Assembly: GCA_951406725.2 (NCBI GenBank)
Contig: OX597842.1
Location: 34,348,001-34,412,000, forward strand
Source: Octopus vulgaris
Lineage: Eukaryota
Direction: 5' to 3'
Length of the DNA stretch: 64,000 nucleotides
Shown here: positions 40,941-55,146 of the stretch, one piece after another
How positions within the stretch are numbered: the stretch's first letter is position 1
Layout of the letters: each line of letters starts with the position of its first letter
The notes under the pieces: generated by a model
Database searches by the model: none
Told to the model about the DNA's origin: nothing
What the model saw: only the letters and a program-made list of their open reading frames with translations
Position numbers and translations under genes: made by a program

Positions 40941-41265
40941 CATACATACATACATACATACATACATACATACATACACACATACATACATACATACATA
41001 CACATACATACATACATACATACATACATACATACATACATACATACATACATACATACATGCATACATACATACATACATACACACATATACATACATA
41101 CATACACACATATACATACATACATACATACACACATACATACATACATACATACACACATATACATACATACATACATACATACATACATACATACATA
41201 CATACATACATACATACATACATACATACATACATACATACATACATACACACATACATACATAC
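39915..41265. repeat. ~1.35-kb (CATA)n array
   Basis: Directly visible; followed by (GACA/GATA)n to 41930. Confidence 0.97.
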
Positions 41266-41679
41266 CTAAAGAAATAGATAGAGAGAGAGACAGAGAGGGA
41301 GAGAGATAGAGACAGACAGACAGACAGACAAATGGATAGACAGATAGATTGATAGATAAAAAGAGAGAGGGAGAGACAGACAGACAGACAGACACAGACA
41401 GACAGACATACATACAGACAGACAGACAGAGACAGAGACAGACAGACAGACAAACAAATAGACATATAGATTGATTGATAGATAGATAGAGAGACAGACA
41501 GACAGACAGACAACTGGATAGACAGATAGATAGATAGATAGAGAGACAGACAGACAGACAGACAACTGGATAGACAGATAGATAGATAGATAGAGAGACA
41601 GACAGACAGACAGACAACTGGATAGACAGATAGATAGATAGATAGATAGATAGACAGACAGTCAGACAGACAGACAGAC

Positions 41680-41759
<80 letters not shown>

Positions 41760-41760
41760 C

Positions 41761-41829
<69 letters not shown>

Positions 41830-41853
41830 TGACAGACATACAGACAGACAGAC

Positions 41854-41912
<59 letters not shown>

Positions 41913-41929
41913 TAGATAGATAGATAGAT

Positions 41930-42001
41930 ATGTTTCTTTATTAGCCACACAGGGCTGCACACAGATAGAACAAATTACAAGGTAGAGCTTTTCTTTTGAA
42001 T

Positions 42002-42038
<37 letters not shown>

Positions 42039-43047
42039 GGGGGAGTTTCGATCAAAAGGGATCGTAAAAGGAGAGAAGGAGGACAAAAAAAGGGGGGTTA
42101 AAAAAAGGGGGAGAGGAAAAAAAAAAAAAAAAAAATTGATCAATAGGGATCGTTATCACAGAAATGTCAATATGAAGTGTAAAGGGGAGGACAGGTGAGG
42201 TTTACCCGTGGAAAGAAAAGCCTACGGAAAAGACCACGGTAACCTCGGTCAATGAAGTCACATTTTATATTTCTTTTTTTTTTTTTTTTTTTTTTTTGCA
42301 AATAAGCAACTCTCTGTTTTCGATTTCTGGGTTCATAGGACTATGCTCAAGGTGGCTTCGTCATTCATACGTGCCATTCTTGCTACATTCACCCATCTTT
42401 TTTTAAAACATTCGCTAGACAAAACTTGCCTCTCTACTCTCACTTTCCTTTTCAAGTGGTACTTGAAGAAGTTGATGAGAGATTGACCAGAGAGGAAAGT
42501 GTTTGTCTCCAATCCTTTCAGACGCGTCCACCAGATACATTCTTTCGCCATAGCCACAAGGATGATGAAAATAGCTCTTCCTTCCCGTTTGAAGGAAGGA
42601 GGCGTGACAATATTGACGATAGACTCAGCTGATAAACCGACTCGTCCCACACGTGACAGCAGTTGTTCGACATAAGCCCACAGGTCGGAAATTGTTGGAC
42701 ACTGAACGAGTGCGTGCAGAACGGTTTCGTCGCTCTGACCGCATCTCGGGCAGGTCGGCCCCGTGTTTCTCGAGCCGTGTCTGTAGAGCTTATCCCGAAC
42801 GGGTAGCGCTTCTCGGTAGCACTGCCAGGCCAGGGATCTCTGGAAGTTGTCCATGGGCCCTGGCCCGAAAGTCGTCCTGAACAGGCGGGTCAGGTACTCC
42901 TCGTCGACGTCCAGGTTCGCCCCGAGCTCGTCGTCGTACCTCCCCTCCACTAAACCCCTATAGAATGCTTTGGTTGTGTTGAAGTCACTTAAGGTCGACC
43001 CAGGACGGCAGAGTTGCTTGAGAGCAACGCGACACTCGCGGTGCCAA
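41930..43047 (-). mobile_element. 5'-truncated Tx1/L1-type non-LTR retrotransposon in (TATC)n; ORF2 C-terminus open (43046-42333)
   Basis: SLAWQCYREALPVRDKL...CPRCGQSDETVLHALVQCP....LW matches the zf-RVT zinc-binding motif of L1/Tx1 ORF2; stop at 42333; T-rich 3' UTR with AATAAA just before (TATC)n; the same microsatellite lies at the 5' junction. Confidence 0.9.
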
Positions 43048-43048
43048 G

Positions 43049-43107
<59 letters not shown>

Positions 43108-43113
43108 ACTGGA

Positions 43114-43148
<35 letters not shown>

Positions 43149-43532
43149 GCAGACAGACATAGAGACAGACAGACAGATAGACAGATAGATAGATAGATAG
43201 ATAGACAGACAGATAGATAGATAGATAGACAGATAGATAGATAGATAGATAGACACACAGACAGACAGATAGACACACAGACAGACAGACAGACCCTAAC
43301 TTCGGGTCGAGTTAAAACTTGGTGAAATTACATCGCGATAACCGCATAAAAAACTGTTGGACGACTAATTACATTAACGACACACGTGTCTGAGGTGTAC
43401 TCGGCCACTTCGACTATCCCTCACTCAGTAGGTAATTTAGTTGTTAGGACATCTGGGCCCTCATCGTAGAAACTCCTTTCGCCACTGGCCCCTACAGGAT
43501 GAGGGCTTCGCAGGGGTCACACGAATTTAGTG

Positions 43533-43780
43533 AAGACGTGTAGCTAAGTGGTTAAAGAATCCGACTCAACATTGTAAGGTCGTGAGTTCGATCCCCGAGG
43601 GCGCGTTGTGTCCTTGAGCAAGACACTCTATTTCACGTTGCTCCAGTCCACTCGGCCGGCAAAAATGAGTAGGACCTGTAATTCAGAAGGAGCCAGCTTT
43701 GTCACATCCTGTGTCACGCTGAATCTGTCTGTGGAGTACTCGGCCACTTGCACGCTAATTTCACGAGCAGGCTGTTCCGT
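43533..43780 (+). mobile_element. tRNA-derived SINE, family D
   Basis: TAGCTAAGTGG A-box, GAGTTCGATCCC B-box, then CORE/V-like GTTGTGTCCTTGAGCAAGACACT. Confidence 0.7.
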
Positions 43781-43868
43781 CATAGTCGTCAGCACCATCA
43801 CAACCATCGACATCATCATCATCATCATCATTGCTTTCCAATTCTCCAACGACGACCACCACCACTGA

Positions 43869-43925
<57 letters not shown>

Positions 43926-44784
43926 CACCACCACTACCACTTCTACTACGACTACTACTACTACTGCTACCACTATTATTATTACTACTACTACTACCAC
44001 TGCTACCACCACTACAACTACTATTACTAACACTGCTACTACTAATACTATTACCACCATCACCAACAACACCACCACCACCACTACTACAACTACTACT
44101 ACTACCCGCACTACTACCACTACGACCACCACTACTACCACTACTACCACTACTACTACCACTGTTACCATCACCACTACTACTACCACCACCACGATTA
44201 CTACTACTACCACTGCTACCACCACCACCACCACCACTACTACAACTACTACTACTACCCGTACTACTACCACTACGACCACCACTACTACTACCACTGT
44301 TACCATCACCACTACTACTACCACCACCACGATTACTACTACTACCACTGCTACCACCACCACCACCACCACTACTACTAGTGCTACTACTACTACTACT
44401 ACTACCACTATCACAACAACTATTACTTCCGGTGCTCAGTGACCATCAAGAGGTGATGGGTTTTATAAGACGTTATCCAAGATATGGGATCAGCTAGGGT
44501 CTAGGGGCGGGGAAGGTGGGGTGCAGCAAAGGATAGTGGGTTCGGGGTGGGGTGGGGTGGGTGGGTGGGGTGGGGTGCGGGAGGGGGGGGTAAGGATGTT
44601 CTTTAAGATTAAGAATAACATCCGGGTCACATTCTGCAAGCATCACTGGATCGACCAACACCCCCCCACCCCACCACCAACACCATCAACAGCAGCAGCA
44701 GCAGTGATGTTATCATCATTAACAACAACAACAACAACAACAACAATAATAATAATAATATTAAATAATGATGAGGAGGAGGAT

Positions 44785-45170
44785 ATCCTTTTATTCTTTT
44801 ATTTGTTTCAATCATTTCACTGCGGCCATGCTGGAGCACCGCCGCCTTTTAGTCGAACAAATCGAGCCCCTGGACTTATTTTTTTTTTTTTTTTTGTAAG
44901 CCTAGTATTTATTTTATCTAACTCTTTTGCCGAACTGCTAACGTACAGGGACGTAAACACACCAGCATCGGTTATCAAGCGACGGTAGGGGGACAAATAA
45001 AGACACGCAAACATACACACATATATATATATGTGATGGACTTCTTTCAGTTTCCGTCTACCAAATCCACTCACAAAGCTTTGGTCAGCCCGAAGCTATT
45101 GTAGAAGACACTTGCCCAAGGTGCCACGCTGTGGGACTGAACCTAGAACCATGTGGTTAGTAAGCTTTTG
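44785..45170 (-). mobile_element. SINE family B (antisense)
   Basis: Reverse complement of 32332-32738 over most of its length. Confidence 0.85.
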
Positions 45171-45179
45171 CTATGTATT

Positions 45180-45218
<39 letters not shown>

Positions 45219-45219
<1 letters not shown>

Positions 45220-45474
45220 ATAAGGGACGTTAGCCATCTGAATGTGGCTAGGGACAGGGCAGGGCGGTGGAGGTGTTACTGATGCATTTAGCCCCAGGCG
45301 ATCATCAACGTCACCAGGAGGGCTGACGCCATCACGGCGTCCTCTAGCCTGCAAAGGGAGATGGCGTCAGCCCTCCTGGTGACGTTGATGATCGCCTGGG
45401 GCTAAATGCATCAGTAATACCCCCACCGCCCTGCCCTGCCCCTAGCCACATTCAGATGGCTAACGTCCCTTATG
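45219..45474. repeat. Long foldback inverted repeat, 115-bp arms and 26-nt loop
   Basis: 45219-45333 versus 45360-45474: three differences, all A/G transitions. Confidence 0.95.
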
Positions 45475-45679
45475 TTATGGAGCAGTTACTGTCTATATCT
45501 CGTTTAGAGAATTATTATTGCTATATATATATATATATATATATATAAATACAAACTGGGACAAGAACGCAAAACATTTAGGAGACGACACGAAAAACAC
45601 GGACGGGACACTCGAAGCCCTCAATTCTCAGTCAAGAACCGGATCATCCTCGCAATTTCGGCTGATATATATATTTACG

Positions 45680-45812
45680 ACATACTTCTTTCAGTTTCCG
45701 TCTACCAAATCCACACACAAGGCTTTGGTCGGCTCGAGGCTGCAGCAGAAGACTCTTGGCCAAGGTGACACGCAATGGGACTGAACCCGGAACCATGTGG
45801 TTGGGAAGCTTT
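45680..45812 (-). mobile_element. SINE family B 5' part (antisense)
   Basis: CTTCTTTCAGTTTCCGTCTACCAAATCC...GGGACTGAACCCGGAACCATGTGGTTGG. Confidence 0.8.
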
Positions 45813-46039
45813 TGCTTTGTATTTGTACAAATTGACTCCAAATCTTACCCAGAGATCTCAAGAGAGAACAAATTAGAAGTTCGAGCCGGTGTTATGCTAA
45901 GGGTGCCATATATTTCGTTTTGCAGAGAAGATTGTTCCAGAGAATGTCTGTCAAAAGAGAAGTTTCGTTTTGAAAGAAATTTGATTATAAGATGGCTGTG
46001 TGATGGTAAGATGACAGTGAAAGGTCATAATGTTTAGGG

Positions 46040-46271
46040 ATGATGGCGATGATGATGATGGCGATGAGGGTGTTGATGATGATGGCGATGAGGGTGACGA
46101 CGATGATGATGATGCTGCTGCTGCTGCTGCTGATGATGATGATGATGGCGATGATGATGATGATGACGATGAGGGTGACGATGATGATGATGACGATGAT
46201 GATGATGATGACGGTGGTGGTGGTGATGATGATGATGATGGCGATGATGATGATGATGTTGACGATGATGG

Positions 46272-46317
<46 letters not shown>

Positions 46318-46406
46318 GATGATGAGGAGGAGGAGGAGGCAGGGAGGGGGAGGATGGCGATGATGATGATGTAGATGATGACGACGATGATGATGCTGAT
46401 GCTGCT

Positions 46407-46438
<32 letters not shown>

Positions 46439-46555
46439 CGATGATGATGATGATGACGATGAGGGTGACGATGAAGATGATGATGATGATGATGTTGACG
46501 ATGATGGTGATGATGATGATGATGGCGATGATGATGATGGCGATGATGATGATGT

Positions 46556-46588
<33 letters not shown>

Positions 46589-46979
46589 GGAGGAGGAGGA
46601 GGGAGGGAGGGAGGGGGAGGATGGCGATGATGATGATGATGATGATGTAGATGATGACGATGATGATGATGACGATGATGATGATGACGATGATGATGCT
46701 GATGGTGGTGGTGGTGGTGATGATGATGGTGATGATGCAGCGTTGGGTAGTTGGATATCTGATGGAACATTTTGAAGAAGCTGAGCCGAATGTGCTAAGA
46801 TGCTGGACGTGTTGAGGAAGAGGTGACGGGAGGAGGCAGAGGAGGAAGTGAAGGAGGAGAGAGAGAAGGTTACGGATGATTGGGAAATCGACGGAAATAG
46901 AAGAGGAGGAGGGGGAGAATGGGGATGGCGGAAACAAATAGGTGAGATTGCATTGATGAAGGGATTGATGGAAAGTAGT

Positions 46980-47010
<31 letters not shown>

Positions 47011-47460
47011 GTGGTGGTGGTGGTAGTGGAGGTGGTGGTTGTGGTGGTGGTTGTAGTGGTGGTGGTGGTGATGTTTGTTGCGATACTTGTGATGGTGGTA
47101 TTCATAGTGGCAGTAGTAGTAGTAGGAGGAGGAGGAGGAAGAGGAGTCTGGGTACGAGTAGTGACGGTGGTGGTGGTGGTGGAGGTGATGGTGGTGGTGG
47201 TGGTGGTGGTGGTGATGGTGGTGGTGCTGGTGTTGGTGGTGGTGCTGGTGGTGGTGGTGGTGATGGTGGTGGGTGGTGGTGGTGGTGGTGGTGGTGGTGG
47301 TGGTGATGGTGGTGGTGCTGGTGATGGTGGTGCTGGTGGTGGTGATGGTGGTGGTGGCGGTAGTGGTGATGGTCGTAGTGGTGGTGGTTGTGGTGGTGGT
47401 AGTGGTAGTAGTGGTGATGGTGGTAGTAGTGATGGTCGTAGTGGTGGTGGCGGTGGTAGC
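46040..47460. repeat. (GAT)n and (GGT)n compound microsatellites around a unique island (46740-46975)
   Basis: Directly visible. Confidence 0.9.
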
Positions 47461-47867
47461 GGTGGCCGGGAACAAGCGTGACGGCGCGTGGTGGATTGGA
47501 TGGAGCGTGACGTGTAGCGGACAAATATTACATCCGGGTCATTAATCTGTGTTATCAGTCACAGACCAGAGAGGGGTGTGGGGTGGAGGAGAAAGAGGGA
47601 AGGAGGAGGAGGAGAAAAAAGGGGGGGAAGAGAGATGACGAGGAAAAGAGAGAGGGAGAGAGAGAGTGGGGAAAGAGGAACGGATGAAGAGGAGAAAGAT
47701 AAGCAGGAAAGAAAAGAGAGAAAGAGAGAAGGAGAGAGAAAGGGTCGGAGAGCAAAAGAATGGAAGATAAAAGGAAAACAGAAAACAATTAGCACAACAA
47801 AAACGGTAATGCCATAAATGGAACGAAGAGGGGGATGGGAGGGAGAGGAGGGGGAGATGAAGATGAA

Positions 47868-47902
<35 letters not shown>

Positions 47903-48265
47903 AGAAGAAAAGAAAGAAAAAGAAGAAAAAGAAGATTAATGATAATGATAATAGTAATAATAATAATGACAACAACAACAACAACAGCAACAACAACAAC
48001 GATAATAATACGAAGAACAAGAAGAAGAAGGAGGAGGAGGGGGAGAAAAAGAAGAAGAAAAAGAAGATTAATAATAATAATAATAATACACGCCAGACTA
48101 TTTTACCATCCAGAGAAACGCTCAAACATGGGTCACACAGCATCTTTGGTACACCCGTTCCTGTAAGGTTGCGCATTATCTACAATAGCCCAGATAAGTT
48201 TGAATTCATAAGAGCTACTCTCAGAAAAACCATATGAATTTCGAGGCTGACTAATAAATGCTTAT

Positions 48266-48541
48266 TTTCCTTCTCGAGCCACGCCTGGCTCATAAGGGCC
48301 GGTTTTCCGGTTTCCTTGGCGCCGGTCCGTCGCAGGCGAGCTGCAAGATGCAGGAGGAAAGAGTGAGAGAAAGTTGTGGAAAAAGAGTCAGCAGAAGTTC
48401 GCCATTACCTTCTGCCGGAGCCGGGTGGAGCTTAGGTGTTTAGCTCATAAACACACACATCGCCCGGTCTCAGATTCAAACCCGCGATCCCTCGACCGCT
48501 AGTCCGCTGCTCTAACCACTAGGCCATGTGCCCCTACAATG
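48266..48541 (-). mobile_element. SINE family C-related (antisense), probable 9-bp TSD
   Basis: Head is the reverse-complement homologue of 37752-37885; AATGCTTAT at 48257-65 and 48542-50. Confidence 0.75.
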
Positions 48542-48869
48542 AATGCTTATGCATGTAATGCATGACTAGATCGCCTCGGTGCGCGACAATTATTCCATTT
48601 GGGTTGCGGATTTTTGATTAATCTCACTAAAGTCCCACTGCTTCATATTCACACGGGATCCAGCGTAATCGGATTTGGACTTCATCGTATTTCCTGCTTC
48701 TCTGTTTAACGATATGCTTGCTTATACACGCTACTCTTATAAGCTGTATCTACAGATTGTAGTCATTGTGTGACGTCGTGCGTTGCTGGATACCGAAACC
48801 TATGTGACATGAAATAAATGCGTACCAAGTTCAATCCCATGTTTTTCCCCCTCAGCATGTACATATATT

Positions 48870-49075
48870 CTTCTTTTCTTTTATATGTTTCAGACATTTG
48901 ACTGCGGCCATGCTGGAGCACCACCTTAAGGGGGTTAGGGGTTAGTTGAACAGATCGACTCCAGTACTTATAGGTCTCTTTTGCCGAACCACTAAGTTAC
49001 GTGGACATGCGTTACGGGTTTATAACCACACCAGCATCGGTTGTCAAGCGATGGGGGGTGACAAACACAGACTCA
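48870..49075 (-). mobile_element. SINE family B 3' half (antisense)
   Basis: TTTGACTGCGGCCATGCTGGAGCACC...TTTTGCCGAACCACTAAG...ACACCAGCATCGGTTGTCAAGCG. Confidence 0.8.
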
Positions 49076-49086
49076 CGTACACATAC

Positions 49087-49176
<90 letters not shown>

Positions 49177-49358
49177 GTATATATGTGTATATATATATAT
49201 ATATATATTCAAAAAGCAATAAAGATTCAAGTTAATTTAAATGAATTTACTTGAATATGGTACCTAACTTAGATGCACCAAAACAAACTATACGGTTTTA
49301 ACAATACAGTAATGTGGGGTGATTATAAGCGAGAAAGAAGCAACAAGAATGGATAGGT

Positions 49359-49449
49359 TTTTAGTACAATCGTTTCATACAAGGACAGGCTTTATTAAAA
49401 GTTGCAAAAATTGCAGCATATAAACGTGTCCCGTACTCATCAGCTAAAA
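49359..49449 (-). ncRNA. Type I hammerhead ribozyme motif, intact core, extended stem II
   Basis: Minus strand TTTTAG-CTGATGA-GTACGGGACA...TGTCCTTGTAT-GAAAC GATT GTA-CTAAAA: 6-bp stem I, ~10-bp stem II base, 2-bp stem III with near-palindromic ACGATTGT, GUA cleavage triplet. Confidence 0.85.
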
Positions 49450-49452
49450 TAC

Positions 49453-49488
49453 ATGTGAGTTCTCTAGACATGTCTAGAGAACTCACAT
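49453..49488. repeat. Perfect 36-bp palindrome
   Basis: ATGTGAGTTCTCTAGACA|TGTCTAGAGAACTCACAT, immediately 5' of the minus-strand hammerhead; partial copy at ~49612-49637. Confidence 0.9.
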
Positions 49489-49509
49489 ATTTTATGTGAT
49501 TTTATTCTG

Positions 49510-49554
<45 letters not shown>

Positions 49555-50099
49555 GCGAGAAGAAGCAACAAGAATGGATAGGTTTTTAGTCCCGTACTAT
49601 CAGCTAACATATCTAGACATGTCTAGAGAACTCACATCTTGTTGCTTCTTTATACACACACTCGACACAGTATATATATATATATATATATATATATCAT
49701 CATCATTATTACCATCGTCAGAGAGAGAGAGAGAGAGAGAGAGATGCATATATACATGACGTTTAATGTGTACATATATACATATATAAATGTAATTTTA
49801 ATATTTCTATTATATATATATATATATATAGAAATATAGAAAAGAGAGAGAGAGAGAGAGAGAGAGAGACTAGTGAAAAAAAAAGAGTGAAAAACTACAG
49901 AAGGCTTGTTTTATAAGGTTAAAGAATATATTTAAGTCGTTATGTTAGAAGAATGTTATAAAATTTGTTCATACAGTAACATAGTTTTTGAAGAAATTAC
50001 CGGTTTCGTGTTAACTTTTCAAATTTCTCAAATGTCTTTACCTACATCGTGTTATGTCTTCGTTATGCAGTGCAAAGAAGAGTTCCAGACAGGGGGAGG

Positions 50100-50156
<57 letters not shown>

Positions 50157-50596
50157 ACGGACTTCTTTCAGTTTGCGTCTAAACTGGTATTTTCAGAAAG
50201 AGAAACCGACCGACTGATTCGTGCATTATAAGTACAATCTGTGAGTGGAACAGTAAAAATATGCAAGAGTTTTCTCAAGTTCCAAATGTGAATTTGGCTG
50301 TGTTAACTACATTCCAAAAGATGGAGCCTTGTATCTTTGTTGGAAACCGTTTCCCTCCTCAGTAGAAGATTTATAATAATTACAAAATAGAAGAGACACA
50401 CATGTACACACACACACACACGATATTGGTAGTGGTGTTGTTGAAGATAATGGCGATAATGGCAACGATGATGATGATGATGATGATGATGACGACGACG
50501 ATGATGATGACGATGATGATAACGATGATGATGACGATGATGATGATGACGATGACGATGATGATGATGATGATGACGATGGTAATGACGATGGTA

Positions 50597-50645
<49 letters not shown>

Positions 50646-51216
50646 CGATGAAGATGATGATGACGACGACGATGACGATGACGATGGTAATAATGATGAT
50701 GATGATGATGATAATGATGACGGCGTTATGTTCCGAAGGGAATCGAAAACCTGCGTTCGAAGTGAACGAGTGCACGATGGGGTAGACAACTGTGTCAAAG
50801 ATGGGTGTATATGTGAGTGTGTATATATGTGTCTATGTGCGTATATGTGCGCATGGATAGGTGTGTGCATGTGTATGTATATATATATAGAGAGAGAGAG
50901 GGAGAGAAAGACTGGGTGTGTCTGTGTGTATGCATATATATATATATATATATACAAATATATACATACGTACACACATTCACATACACACATATATGTG
51001 TCTGTCTGTCTGTATGTATGTTTGTATGTATGTATGTATGTATGTATGTATACATATATATATGTGAATGTATATAAATATGCATATATACATGTGTACG
51101 TTTTAATGTGTACATATATACATATATAAATGTGTCTGTACATATATGCATATATATATATATAAATATGTATATATATATACATATATACATATATATA
51201 TATATATATTAATATG

Positions 51217-51265
<49 letters not shown>

Positions 51266-51302
51266 TTGTATATATGCATATATACATATATATAAATATA
51301 TG

Positions 51303-51334
<32 letters not shown>

Positions 51335-51555
51335 CATACATATACATAAATATGTTATACACATATGCATACAAACACACGCACATATACATACATACAT
51401 ATATACATACATATATACACACATATATATAGATATGTGTGGGGTGGTGTCTAAACATATTTTCTTCTGCACACGTGGGAAGGAAGTGAGTGGACGATGA
51501 GATGAAGGACAGCGGTATCTGCACATATATGTGTGTATGCTTATGTTCATATCTG

Positions 51556-51594
<39 letters not shown>

Positions 51595-51897
51595 GCGTGT
51601 GCGTATGCACGAGAAGCGAGTAAAACATGGGTGCGCCGCATACCGAGACACATATGTACGCATGCGCATGTGTGTGCATGCACACGCGCACACGCATGCA
51701 CGCGTCCATGAGTATCAAGCTCTCTCTCTCTCTATATATATATATATTCATACATATATATATATATATACATATATATATACGCATATATATATATACA
51801 TATATATACACTCATATATATATATACATATATATATGTATATGTGTATATATATATATATATATACACATATATACATATATATACATATATATAC

Positions 51898-51946
<49 letters not shown>

Positions 51947-52216
51947 CACATATATACATATATATACACATATATATATACATATATATATATACATATA
52001 TATATACATATATATACATATATATATATATACATATATATATATACATATATATATATATACACATATATACATATATATATACACATATATATATATA
52101 CATATATATATATACACATATATATATATACATATATACATATATATATACACACATATATATATATATGTGTGTGTGTGTGAGTGTGTGCATGTTTGTA
52201 TAGGGGTACGTGTGTG

Positions 52217-52262
<46 letters not shown>

Positions 52263-52937
52263 AAACGGGTATGAAACGTGTGCGCGTTTATGAGGCGAAG
52301 CAAACAGGCAAAACGGAAGAGCGCTTTGTTCTGGCGGAAGCAAGGTCGTTGTTGCGGGAATCCTCGGCGCTGACGACGGAGGCTCACCCTGCATTTTTGG
52401 TTTCTTTTTTTCGCTGTTTTCTTGATTTGGATGGAGGTTTGAAGGGTCGGCTGAGGTCGGGTGGAGCGGGGTAATGGTGGTCCCGTTGCATGCAGAGGGG
52501 TGGGGGGTGGAGGTAGGTGGTGATGGAGAGAGGGAGCGAAAGAAGATTAAAATGAGGAGGAGGAGGAGGTGGAGATTATAGTGGTGGTGGTGGTGGTAGT
52601 TGTGATGGTGATGATGATGATGATGATAAATGAAGAAGAAGAAGAAGAAGAAGAGGAAGAAAAAGATCAAGAAGAAGAAGAAACTGAAGATGAAGGAGGA
52701 GGACGAGAAGGAGAAGAAGAAGAAGAAGAAGAAGAAGAAGAAGAAGAAGAAGAAGAAGAAGAAGAAGAAGAAGAAGACAACGATGAAGAAGAAGAAGACA
52801 ACGATGAAGAAGAAGTAGAAGAAGAAGAAGAAACTGAAGAAGAAGAAGAAGGTAAAGAAGAAGAAGAAGAAGATAAAGAAGAAGAACAAGAAGAAGAAGA
52901 ACAAGAAGAAGAAGAAGAAGAAGAAGAAAAGGGAGGA

Positions 52938-52969
<32 letters not shown>

Positions 52970-53400
52970 AGTAGGAGAAGAAGAAGAAGAAGAAGAAGAA
53001 GGAGGAGGAGGAGGAGGAGGAGGAGGAGGGTTGAGAGTGGGGGTTTTGCTTTTTCTCACTGTTTCTTTTTTCTTGTTCTCTTAGGGGTGATCTAAGTTTT
53101 ATTCCTCTGTTTTGTTTCTTTCATCTTGTTTGCTTTCTATTTCTTCTTCTTCTTCTTCTTCTTCTTCTTCTTCTTCTTCTCCTACTTCTACTACTACTAC
53201 TGCTGCTGCTGCTGCTACTACTACTACTACTAATACTCACCGCCGCGGCCGCCGCCGCTTCTCGGAAACATCCGTTTTGATGATAACCAGAATATTCAAA
53301 ACGTTTAAAGTTTTTTTCATATTTCTTTATCGCCATCGACATCGGCATTATTCCCATTCTTCTTCCCCTTCCTCCTCCTCCTCCTCCTCTTCTTCTTTTT

Positions 53401-53485
<85 letters not shown>

Positions 53486-53548
53486 TATTATTATTATTAT
53501 TATTATTTATAATTATTATTATCATTATTATTATTATTATTATCATCA

Positions 53549-53612
<64 letters not shown>

Positions 53613-54035
53613 CATCATTATTATTATTTCATTTTTTGTTATTAGTAGTAGTATTAATATCATTATTTTGTTGCCGTTGTTGCTGCTGCTGTTGTTGTTT
53701 TTGTTGATATTGCTGTTGTTGTTGTTGTTGTTGTTGTAATCGTTAAGATCGCCATGGTCATCATCGTCATCACCATCGTCATAATAATCCCCCCACCAAC
53801 ATCATTGTTTTCTCTATATTTCCATTATTAGTAATAGTCGAAGTCGTAAAACTAATATCATTATTATTTTGAGCATTGTTATCATCATCATTATTATAAT
53901 AGCTATTGACATCATCATCATCATCATCACTGTAGTTATAGTCATTATCCTTATCATCAACACCAGCAGCAACAACATTGTTTTCGCTATCGTTAGTCTA
54001 ATAACTATCATCGTCACTTTGTCCTCCTCTCTCTT

Positions 54036-54070
<35 letters not shown>

Positions 54071-54127
54071 CTCAGTCTCTCCTATACACTTTCTCTGTTT
54101 TCCTCCCTCTTTCACAACTCTTCATCG

Positions 54128-54167
<40 letters not shown>

Positions 54168-55111
54168 GTTTCAAGATCATTCTCTTCTCTTCTCTCTCAG
54201 CCTCTCTCTCTCTCTCTCAACCTTTCTCCTCCTCTCTCTCTCAACATTTCTCTCTATCATTCTCTCTCTTTCAGCCTCTATTAAACTTTCTCTCTTTCTC
54301 AGTCTCTCTCTCTCTCTCTCTCTCAGCCTGTTTCTCTCTCAGCCTCTATCTCCCTCAGCTTTCCTCTCTCTCTCAACCTTTCTCCCTCTCTGTCTCTCAG
54401 TCTCTCCCTCTCTCTCTCAGCCTCTATCTCTCCGAAACTCTCTCTTTCTCTCTCAACTTCCCTCTCTCTCCCTCAACTTCTCTCTCTCTCTCTCTCTCTT
54501 TCTCTTAGTCATACTCTCTTTCTAAGCCATTCTCTCCCTCTCAGCCTCTTCTCTCTCAGCCTCTCTCTCTCACAACATTTCTCTCTTCCAGCTTCTCTCT
54601 CTCTCTCTCTCTCTCTCAGCCGCACTCTCTTTCTCAGCCACTCTCCCCTCTCAGCCTCTCTCTTTCAGCCTTTCTCTCTCTCTCACCTAGCCTCTCTCTG
54701 TCTCTTTCCCTATCGTTTTACATTTCCAATCTCTCACTTAGTACATGAATATGTGTGTGTGTGTCTATATCGCTGTATGCGTCTGTGTAAATGTGTGTGT
54801 GTGTGTGAACACGTGTCTACCCCCTTCTTCCCACATCTCTCTCCCTCTCTCCTTCTCTCTCTCTCTCTCTCTTCGGATTATGAGAAACAAATTGGTAACC
54901 TAACCCTAACCCCATCGACAAAACCTTTGCCAAAATATTTCACCCACGATCACCCTTCAGCACACAAACACACACACACGCACACACACGCACCACTACC
55001 ACCACCACCACCACCCTCCCACACACCCTTATATATGAACCATGAAACAGATAGGAATACAAAGCGTTGCGCTTTTTTTATCAGTTTCGTCAGTTCTTCA
55101 CATTATCATCA

Positions 55112-55146
<35 letters not shown>

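Noticed and set aside
39818-41962. 450-714-aa MYVC/HTYI/YLSI ORFs (likewise 8635-10264)
   Set aside because: Translations of (CATA)n and (GATA)n arrays.
54895-54913. TAACC(C) telomere-like repeats
   Set aside because: Only 2-3 units, expected by chance.
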